A stretch of DNA of 64,000 nucleotides. Origin: Styela clava. Lineage: Eukaryota. The stretch is taken from the NCBI RefSeq assembly GCF_964204865.1, contig NC_135256.1:20708001-20772000 (forward strand), written 5' to 3'. A model generated the notes under the pieces. The model was not told the DNA's origin, searched no databases, and saw only the letters and a program-made list of their open reading frames with translations. Position 1 is the first letter of the stretch, and each line of letters begins with the position of its first letter. Below, piece after piece: positions 54,661 to 64,000 of the stretch. Both the position numbers and the translations under genes were made by a program.

Positions 54661-56018
54661 TTGTGCGCAATTAACATGTAAGTAAAGCCTCACCACCCCC
54701 GTATGCTAATACATTATCGATCTCTTTTTCACGCTTTTTAATCGCTAATTATATGAGCGACTCGTTATGTGCATATAATTCGTACACGCATACATAAACT
54801 GTATTCGTACAAAATGATCTGGAAGTATTTGTACATCACCTTAATGGCTGTATTTGTATATTAAGTTTGCTATATATGCATATCACCTGGCAGTATATGT
54901 ATCTTTGGTTGTTGTACATGTATATGAGATGGCGGTATATGCATATTCTTGGCAGTATATGTATGGCACGTTACCAACCCTATCGGCTGAAAATGCGGAT
55001 ATGTTAGACAGAGTACTAAAACAGTCTTGCATAAAATCCAATCCTTTTGTGACGGCGATATATGATTAAAACTGTAACGGTCGTGAAATATATCCAGTAT
55101 TTTTGTTGGACTCTCAAAATATGGATCTTCTTAATTCTGCTTATTCAAATAACAAAAAAAGTTTCGATGAGCAAGTAAACTTAACGGAAATATAACTCTA
55201 CGGTAATATAACTCTAACGGTGAAATATTTTAGTACCTTCAGCCTCAAATCTGTATATTAACAAATGAACTTGTACGTGGAAAATTGACCTCACTTTGAC
55301 GTCCATAACGAAATTTGTCAGTATTAAAGGTTAAATATTGAAATCACGCTCTTTTTGTGGCTGCCTAATTTTGAAATTTCATTTTTTAATGAAACCGATC
55401 GCATACAAGGAAATTGAGAGAATTACGGTATCGTGTTTCACACGGTTTTGTTCAGCCTGACCCCGAACGAACTAAACCTTCGTGAGATCTGCCACACACT
55501 TTGCATATTATGCCAAGTGCATATCTGACTTTTCAAACTAAATTAGCGTCTTGATCATATCTAATCGATTTCCAATATATTGTGCTGGATTCATGGGTTT
55601 TATCCAGTGGCGGCGCGTGGTCATTTTGACAACCGGGGCAAGCTACTGCGGGACCAAGTCACCCCCATCTACGGGGACAGGATGAGAGCTGTAAGTTCTC
55701 CCATCATTTTATGAGTATAAAAACCATTTCATCGGTAACAACCAATCGGCAAAAGCGACAATTTTTAACGATAAGAAAGTGTCTTTAAAACCGGTCCAAG
55801 TCAAGGGATTAATAAATATAGACATAGTTTATTTTGAAACCTCTTTCAAAAGGAAAGGCAATATTTACCCAGATAAATACAATGACATATTAACAGATAC
55901 TTCGGGAAAGCAGACAAAACCTAAAATAAGGTTTAAAACGTTACTATGAAGAAAGGAAAGTTAATGCAAAGATAAGGACATGCGTCGCTCACTCATAGAT
56001 ATATATGCTGCTAGACTT

Positions 56019-59000
56019 CTACTGCTTGAACATATATGCAACACGCCGCGGTTTCTTGGAAGCAAAATGCTCAATAACGCGCTGATTAAAGTCATGCATC
56101 CCAGAAATAACGTCTCTGTGAATGGATAAAACAGCCAAGGAATTTAATCTATCTTGCTTCATTGTGTTTCTGAGATACGTTTTAATACGCTTCAGCGTGC
56201 TGAATGTTTGCTCTGCGTCGGCGGAAGAAATAGGCGTCGTCAAAATGATGTCCAGAAATTTTGCAGACGCCGCAAAGGTAGTTACTAGAGTGTTATCTAT
56301 GAGGAACCCTATAGAGGAATCTATAGAGCGCGCGAGTTGATGTGATGTTCAAAAAAGTTTGATTGGTGTATATACATCGCAATTCATTTTCCAATTTACC
56401 CACGTTTATCATGGGGTAAAATTTGGAGTAGCCAACAAATGAATGGGAAATTGACGTGCAAATTTTGAAAAATTTTTTGGGTTCATCAAAGAGAACGCGG
56501 CAAGGTGTTCAGTGCGCAGGCGATCGCCTATTTGATTCACCAGAATGTCACAGCATTCCTTTGCAGACAAAATCATACGCTGCGTTGTTTGCCCGCGGCG
56601 TAAAGAAGCACTCCATGTGTCGTCGTATTTTATTGTTTCCCGGATACGAGATACAGCATCGCAGAAGTCTGGAATACACGACTGCACAGACGCTCCATCC
56701 ATTAGCCTTGACTGCAATGCGCCGTATAATACATCCACGTGATAGAATATTGTGGAGAAAAAAGCGAGAAAAAATGAAAACTCACCATCTTCTAGCAGAC
56801 GCTTTAGACTAGAGATGTACCGATGTATCGGTATCGGGTATCGGTATCGGCCATTTTTTCGGTATCGGCCATGTATCGGTATCGGTTAGATTAAGGCCGA
56901 TATTACCGATATATTTACCTTTTTGATATGGTCCAGAATGTTTTAAAAGATAAGTTAGAATACTACTTTTTAATTTATTTTTGTCTGGAGAGATCGTGAG
57001 CTATGAGCCATACATGTCCCCACCCCTGCGAGAGAATAGGATTCACGTGTTTTTAGCTATTTATCAGCTAAACTAGCTCAACTAATTTGGCTATTTTCGC
57101 TGTCAAATTTTTATATTAACATTTTTTAATATTACATAGTTTTTATGAAGAAATATATCAACACAGCACATAACAAAAAGCAACTAGGCGCCCAGTTTTA
57201 AATCATACAGTGGAATTGGGGTCCTTCCTTATTAACGGCACATGGACTTTTGGCACGGGTATAAATTCTGACTGTTTGTTGTCAAGTACGAGTGTCATTT
57301 AGTCCGTCGGCATCGATAAACTAAATTCCGACACAATTATCCCACTACACAGGTATTAACTTTAATTCTGCTTAACTACACGATTTCTTTATAGATATAT
57401 TGACTTGACCGCCTAGCCCTAGACTGTCTCAAAATATAGGATAGCAATTGTAAAATATTATAAAATAGTGAGGTAAAAAAACATCCTCAACGGTTATCGG
57501 TGGGCCTTCTTTTTGTCGTTGCTGATCGATATTCTTTCATGTTGGCTTTGACTTATTGCGTCGACGATTACGATTAAAATTACACTAAATTAAATATTTG
57601 TAAAATGCTTTTAATTTTAACGTAGGACGGCGGCGCTAGATTGTGTGGGTGATATTCGATATTCTTTTAAACACGAATAACGATATTCGAAGCTCGCGAT
57701 ATTAACATTAGTTTCAAATTGGACATCCCGGCTTATGAGTTTTCCAATTGAACACCGAGATTACTAGCGTTACTGTACAATGTATCTTAATCAGTTACAG
57801 CACATGGATACCAAACATTAATTTCATATTATGTGATATATATATCTTTTTTTTCGATCTGAAATAATGTGTACTATGAACAACGCTTAAAGACCATTGT
57901 TTCAACCCGTCTGCCCTACACAGCATACCTAATTAAGTAATAATTGCATATAGTATCGGTATCGGAATATCGGTAATATCGGCCTTTTTGTAGTATCGGC
58001 ATATCGGTATCGGCGTTTTTAGCTGGTATCGGATCGGTATCGGTATCGGCGACAAAAGTGGTATCGGTATATCTCTACTTTAGACCTGCCACCTCCCTCA
58101 CAGAGCGTTCGTCCCAAACCGGAGAGCTCTGAATGCCATTGAAACACTCAATGAGCTCAGACCTAATTTCGGACACGCCCTGCACCACGCGTGATTGGAA
58201 GTTCCAACGTGTTGGTGCACAAGCTGGGAGGCGGCGGCTACATATCTGGCGAAGGAGGTCAGAGCGCTTCGGCGAAACGGAAAAAAATGAAGAAAACCCC
58301 GAAACATTTGCAAAAAATATACGGACGAGAGGGGTATCAAGACACATATTTTTAAAAACGAGGTTAGATTGGTGTGCATAACAATGTAAAAAATGCGCAT
58401 GAGGAAAATCTTCTTTTATATAAACTTGAACACCATGTTTCGACCCACTCATGACTGCCGCGCCGTCATAAGTTTGAGCTATCAATTTTGACTTCGCGTT
58501 GTAAGGCTGTAACACTTCTTTCAGTACAGCCGATATCCCGCAAGCCGTGCGATCAACGATTGGTACAAAGCTGTGAAATCTCTCGGTAGGTTTACCATCT
58601 TTCACAAACCGAAAAATCACAGCCAGTTGGGAAACGCACGTGATGTCAGTTGTCTCGTCAGACTGAATCGAAAGGAACTGGCAATTCTCAATTTCTAGAG
58701 CCAAATGTTGTAAATAAATTTTGTACATTGAATCGAGCAAATCATATTGGATATCCTTAGATGTTCCTTTCGAAACAGTTGCGGCATCAAGATGATCTCT
58801 CAATACTGTATCTAGGGATGCGGTGTATTCCACCATATCCAAAAATACCCCTCTATTAGAAGAGCCAGCCCGTTCATCGTGCCCACGGAGGGACAGCTCG
58901 TGACAACCAATGAACTTCAAAACATCTATCAATCGACCGAGAACATGGCGGTTTTTCTCGACGTTTTGGTTGTGCCGACGAATAGAAACCGCGCGTCCTT

Positions 59001-59398
59001 CATCCAACTGTGCTGCAATATTAACATTTCCGAATGTTCGGTATTTTACTGCATTGTCCTAATGCTCCATAGAAGATTGATGATCCCTGGCACGCTCGGA
59101 AAGCTGTTTAAGATCTCTAAAACCAAATTTACACCAACGTGAGTCACGGGCGATAGCAAAAAGTAGGCAATAAAAACAAAAAAGTGCATTTTTGTCCTCG
59201 CTGTAACACAACCATTCGTGTTTTTTATACCAAGTTTCTGCGCAGAATGTACGACGACGCTTTCCTCCGTCATGGGATTGTTCCAGTGAACAATTTGGTT
59301 TGGTTTGGTTGATAAGGCCCAAGACGTTGTACCTCTAATTTTTGTTCCAGCGGCAGCTGCGAAAACGGAGTGCGAAGTAGTGCATCAACCTTATTCAT
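56019..59398 (-). pseudogene. hAT transposase, disrupted
   Basis: TTF finger (WLCYS...LFCFYCLLF), LRGHDE, SDETTD, YDGAAVMSG, HCYAH, TRW, AEQTFSTLKRIKTYLRNTM. Frameshift at ~59300, in-frame stop at 59059-59061, MITE insertion, further frameshifts near 56250-56430. Confidence 0.92.
56810..58077. mobile_element. Non-autonomous hAT (Ac-like TIR) element nested in the hAT transposase
   Basis: TAGAGATGTACCGAT ... ATCGGTATATCTCTA termini, (TATCGG)n subterminal arrays, perfect 8-bp TSD CTTTAGAC. Confidence 0.95.
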
Positions 59399-61442
59399 TA
59401 TGAGGTCTAAGGCTAAGAAATGCGAAGCCGGAAAGAAGTGAGGAGCTCAAAAGGAATGCGGAAAATCGAAAGCAAATGGACTAAAGGTCTCTAACTGATT
59501 CAAATAGCGAAACAAGCGACAAAAACGAAGGCGAGGAAACTATCAACTCTTCAAGCAACCAACGAACGAGAAGGAATGCGTGAATATGTCAACACGTTGT
59601 TGTAAGAAACGTCGGCATTGTGTCGTCATAATTTCGGGGCTAGCCCCGATCGGCCCCGATGATTCAGTAAAAGAAACAGAAAACAAACGAGACAAACGCG
59701 GCGAGTGGAAGATAAAAGAGAGAATACGATATACAATGAGCAACCGGGGCAAAATCGGCGTCGCCCCGTCGACGTTCGGCGAAGGCTTTGCGAGCGAAAA
59801 ATGAAAATATTTTTCATTTTCATAAATATAAAAAATGAAGGTATTTTTCGAATATTTTTTATTATACCGAAAAAACAACCGGGGCATTGCCCCGGTTGGC
59901 CCTATTGACGCGCCGCCACTGGTTTTATCAAAGGTGTGCATGTGCAGAGATTCAACATCTAACTCGGTCCATTTGTGGAAGAAAACACATCGGAGGATTG
60001 GCTAGGATAGTGTGATATTTGACAACATTAAAACTGTTGCAATGTATGTGCGTGCATGTTTAAATTTCATTAATAACTGATGAACATAACGTTATAATTG
60101 GTTTGGTCGCTTTTCTGGTTCATTGAACTTCATATGTTTTGGTTCGTTCGAGTATCGCTGGAAATGCGTCATTTAAAGCCTAGTATAAAAAGCTGATCTA
60201 TCAGATCAGCACTAGTATGTGACATTTATCACACCTAAGCTAAGCTTACATTAGCAATATATATGACTCTAAATTGTCCTGGGTATATCTATAGTGGGAT
60301 CTCGCAGCCTAGATTTCCGTGCCTGAACCCTCGGCCTGAGCAATCGATATATTCTGTTTCACTCTCAGCTCTCGTCAATCTGGCGTGTGCTTATTTCCCA
60401 ATACCTGGTAGCTTCGGACCACGAGTGTCTCGCCGTTTTTTCTTTACTTTTGTTTGGCTTCTGGTTGCCCCTTGGAACAAAATTGTTAAAACGAAATTGC
60501 GGCAATACATGATGACCGAGCAACAGGAAATGAAAATAAAAAATAGAATGAAAACAGCTACATTTTTGTTTAAATAACAGGTCCCATGTAGGACAAAATT
60601 AAAAAAAAAATAAAAGTAATAGGCGAACAACAAGAAATAAAAATATTGAAAATTGATGAAAACAGCAACATTTTTGGTGAAATATCCAGTCCCATATAGA
60701 ACGAAATTGGAAAAATGAAAAATAATAGCCTCATAGCGAATTGTTCCATCTTTTAGTACTGAAAATTTGATTCATCACGTGCGCCAATGACATCAATCAT
60801 TCCAAAATACAATACAACAGCCGTTCGTGCGGCGCCAAATTGTCAGAAAAAAAACTCGCGGCGCACTTACAAGTGAAAAGAATTGATGCATTTATGAATA
60901 AAATTTCAATTTTGTGATCGTTAATGTGTACTTCAAAGGTCAACTCTTCTTCTTTGAAATACCAAAAATAAAATCACTGATGTTCGCAAAACTCGGTTCA
61001 GCAGGTAAGTAAACTACAGCCGGCGAAATTACATCAAGAGATGTCCACCTATATTGTTAGGTAACAATAGAGGAAGACCCTACGTAACAGAGAGTGAACA
61101 ACATCGAAAGGTAAAATGAAATTATTGATTCCTATAGGATTTGAAATAAAATAAAACGTTTATTACGATTGCCGACATATCCTGTCTTCAAGAACTGAAA
61201 ACCAAACAAATCTTTTACAGTACCGCTAGCTATGGATGAATATTTTTTTTTTCGAATCGAATTTCGAATCACAATGTTCCGATTCGAATATTTAGTATAT
61301 CATCATATTATGGTTGACTTTCTTTGAAATTTGAAAGAAATATAGTATAAATTCTAATAAAATAACAATATTGAGTTTAAAGAATTAAGAAAATTACTAG
61401 AAAAACACACTGCATGGATGTATCACTACCAAATATATATAT

Positions 61443-61657
61443 TGTAATAATATCTCTACCCTTGATTTCTATACCGGAGTGTAGAATATTATCAGAATAA
61501 AACTCGTTGTTTCAGAGTACTGCGTTTACTTCACCAATCAGAAAAACGTTATACATGTTATACACTGGGGGCAGGCCAGAGCAAGATAATAACGGCATGA
61601 AAGGTCATGAACTTAGGCACTGAATTAATATAACATAATATATGAAATATCACTACA
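61443..61657 (-). mobile_element. 3' LTR (215 bp) of the second Gypsy element
   Basis: Follows PPT GGGAAAAAGGGGGA (61658-61671); termini TGTAGTGATAT ... ATATTATTACA form an imperfect inverted repeat. Confidence 0.75.
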
Positions 61658-61744
61658 TCCCCCTTTTTCCCAAATCAAGCCATAACTTGCAATACACTTA
61701 AATGTTCAAGAAATAACACTCAAAAGGAATTATTAAACATTCCA

Positions 61745-64000
61745 TTAATGCTGGTATCTTTGAGGAACTTTGACTGTTCTTCCAGACCGTGTTATTGTCG
61801 GTTCTTGCTTGATCGGGGTCTGGGCTGGAATTTTTAAACTTCCCTCAGACTGATTACTGCTGTGTGGCTTATCAGCAATCTCTTGTTTGTTGGTCGAGTT
61901 TGAACGTTCTTTAGTATTTGATGGTTTAGGCGAGGTCCATTTGAATACATTCTCCTCTCTTTCCATCAAAGGTGTTGCTGGTGTATTGTTCTCAACATTG
62001 GTTGTGCTCGAAGATTCCACATATGGTGAAGCTGGCAAGCTTTCACGCAAATGAATTCTGTTGCGTTTCAGCTGATTTCCATTGCTCATTTCGATGTTGT
62101 ATGAACGATCATTCTTCTTTGAAATCACTTTTGCAGGAATCCACATATCTTTTGCTTTATCAAACACTCTCACATCTTGTCCATTGTGAAAAGGCGGTAA
62201 ATTTTTTGTGTGTTGATCAGCATATTGCTTTTGTACATCGGTATTATGTTTCACTCTGTCTTTGTAAATTTGTGGAACAGTATTGTCTGAATGACAAGGC
62301 AATAATGTAGAAATTCCTCTTCCAAACAGAAGTTCTGCTGGGCTTGGTAATACATTGTCAATCGGTGTTGCACGAACATTTAAAAGTGCTGCATCTATAT
62401 CTCCTCCGGATTTGATACACTTTTTCATAATGGGTTTAATATATCGAATTTGTCGTTCGATAAAACCATTGCTCTGTGGGTGTCTAGCTGTACTGGTTGT
62501 ATGAGTAATTCCCCACGCTTCACAAAATTTATCATATTTGCTTAAAAAACACGGTCCATTGTCTGTCACAATCTCTCTCACAGTTCCAAACATGGACAAT
62601 ATTTCTTTGGTTTTGGAAACCACATATTCTGCTGTCATTGAATTTAATTCTTTTACAACAGGGTACCTGCTGTAGTAATCAGAAATTATCAAGAAGTTTC
62701 TACCTTGGATTTCGAACAAGTCCGAACCAAGCTTGACCCATGGATGTGATGGTCGTTCGTGCATGATCATTGGTTCTTTTGTTTGCTGTGGTTGTAGTTC
62801 TTGACAATATTCACATGACTTGCAAATATTTTCAATATCTTTATATATTCTTGGCCAATATACGCAATCTCGTGCAAGTCTACGAGTTTTCTCAATACCT
62901 TGATGACCATGGTGCAATTGTTGCAAAATTGACAATCGGATAGGTTCTGGAATAAGTACTTGCTTACCCTTAAATATAATACCATTTTCAATGGCTAATT
63001 CATCTCTGAAGTTCCAAAAGTCTCTTAATGCACTTGGTACTTCTTTTATCTCATCAGGCCATCCTTCATAAATCATCTGACATAAGGATTTTAAAACAGG
63101 ATCACAAAGAGTTTCTTCTCGGATCTGAGCTTGCTTGTTAAATGAAAAATTCAACATATCAATTTCCACATTTAAAGATTCGCATATGATACTCTCTATT
63201 CTGCTGTCAAGTTCAATATCATCACTTTTTTTAGTGTTTGGCAACCTTGATAGCGTATCTGCAAGTATCATCTCTTTACCTGGACGATATTTTACCACAA
63301 AATCATATCCTTGGATTTTCGTTATCATCATTTGCAGTCTTGGTGGTGCAGAATGAATTGGCTTTTTAAAAATCATTTCCAATGGCTTATGGTCAGTTAT
63401 TACAGTAAAATCTTTGCCATAAAGATAGTGGTGAAATCTCTGGATACCATGAACCACTGCTAAGCATTCTCGTTCAATATTGCTGTAATTAGATTGAGTA
63501 TTTGACAAGGATTTACTTGCAAATGCTACAGCTCCATGCTTCTGTACAAGTGCTGCTCCAAGTCCTCTCATGGATCCATCAGTTTCCAAATTCACTGGCA
63601 ATTTTGGATCATAGTATTGCAATCCAAAGTTCGACGCGACCATTTCTTTTACTTCATCAAATACTTTTTGATGATCTCTATCCCATTGAAATGAAATATC
63701 TTTCTTCAATAAGTCTCTGAGTATTGCAGATTTCTCAGATAAATTCGGCAAATGACATGCCAGAAATGTTGCCATTCCCATGAATTTTTGTAGCTCTTGT
63801 TTATCTCGTGGAGTTGGCATTTCTATAATGTCCTCTACTTTTTTAGGATCTGAAAACACTCCTTTATCGGTGTATATTCTTCCGAAAAATGAAATTTTGT
63901 TTGTTTTGACCACACATTTTTGTGAATTCAACATCAGACCTTCTCTTCGTGCCACTTCCATGAAGTGCGCTAATCGTTTGTCATGTTCGGCCTCAGTTGA
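61745..64000 (-). CDS. pol: Ty3/Gypsy pol (RT C-terminus, RNase H, integrase), uninterrupted, runs off the window edge
   Basis: 738+ open codons; ETDGSMRGLGA, YSNIERECLA, TDHKPL, HHGHQG...CEYC, SDLF / TDNG / NGFIER (DDE). Confidence 0.95.
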   Translation of the reverse strand, partial: STEAEHDKRLAHFMEVARREGLMLNSQKCVVKTNKISFFGRIYTDKGVFSDPKKVEDIIEMPTPRDKQELQKFMGMATFLACHLPNLSEKSAILRDLLKKDISFQWDRDHQKVFDEVKEMVASNFGLQYYDPKLPVNLETDGSMRGLGAALVQKHGAVAFASKSLSNTQSNYSNIERECLAVVHGIQRFHHYLYGKDFTVITDHKPLEMIFKKPIHSAPPRLQMMITKIQGYDFVVKYRPGKEMILADTLSRLPNTKKSDDIELDSRIESIICESLNVEIDMLNFSFNKQAQIREETLCDPVLKSLCQMIYEGWPDEIKEVPSALRDFWNFRDELAIENGIIFKGKQVLIPEPIRLSILQQLHHGHQGIEKTRRLARDCVYWPRIYKDIENICKSCEYCQELQPQQTKEPMIMHERPSHPWVKLGSDLFEIQGRNFLIISDYYSRYPVVKELNSMTAEYVVSKTKEILSMFGTVREIVTDNGPCFLSKYDKFCEAWGITHTTSTARHPQSNGFIERQIRYIKPIMKKCIKSGGDIDAALLNVRATPIDNVLPSPAELLFGRGISTLLPCHSDNTVPQIYKDRVKHNTDVQKQYADQHTKNLPPFHNGQDVRVFDKAKDMWIPAKVISKKNDRSYNIEMSNGNQLKRNRIHLRESLPASPYVESSSTTNVENNTPATPLMEREENVFKWTSPKPSNTKERSNSTNKQEIADKPHSSNQSEGSLKIPAQTPIKQEPTITRSGRTVKVPQRYQH

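Larger units (their letters stand above)
55605..59921 (-). mobile_element. Full-length hAT DNA transposon (Tip100/ZMYM1-like, TTF-type zinc finger)
   Basis: Perfect 14-bp TIR CAGTGGCGGCGCGT / ACGCGCCGCCACTG; perfect 8-bp TSD GTTTTATC (55597-55604, 59922-59929). Confidence 0.95.

Noticed and set aside
42988-63720. Antisense and alternate-frame ORFs overlapping the Gypsy and hAT coding regions
   Set aside because: Shadow ORFs of transposon coding sequence with no independent support.

Overview
AT-rich, intron-rich eukaryotic DNA. Gene structure and repeat content suggest a marine invertebrate chordate such as an ascidian, but this is inference only. I rebuilt three multi-exon genes by hand with GT-AG boundaries and consistent intron phases. 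(1) A complete 12-exon SLC22 (OCTN-like) transporter on the minus strand (561 aa), plus exon 1 and upstream region of a ~95%-identical tandem copy at the left edge. (2) A 10-exon acid-lipase (LIPA/LIPF family) gene on the minus strand (604 aa) with an intact triad, a ~165-aa acidic N-terminal extension, a polybasic loop and a C-terminal DDEL. (3) A divergently transcribed tomoregulin/TMEFF-like gene on the plus strand (follistatin/Kazal plus ErbB-ligand-type EGF) with no transmembrane exon found. The right third is mostly mobile DNA: a decayed Mag-like Ty3/Gypsy with a 98-bp LTR, a non-coding LTR-like pair with a tRNA-Trp PBS, a full-length hAT element interrupted by a nested hAT MITE, a ~200-bp tandem repeat, and the intact pol 3' end and LTR of a second Gypsy. 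Many MITEs have readable TIRs and TSDs. No CRISPR, rRNA or tRNA genes were seen, and most short ORFs in the track are noise.
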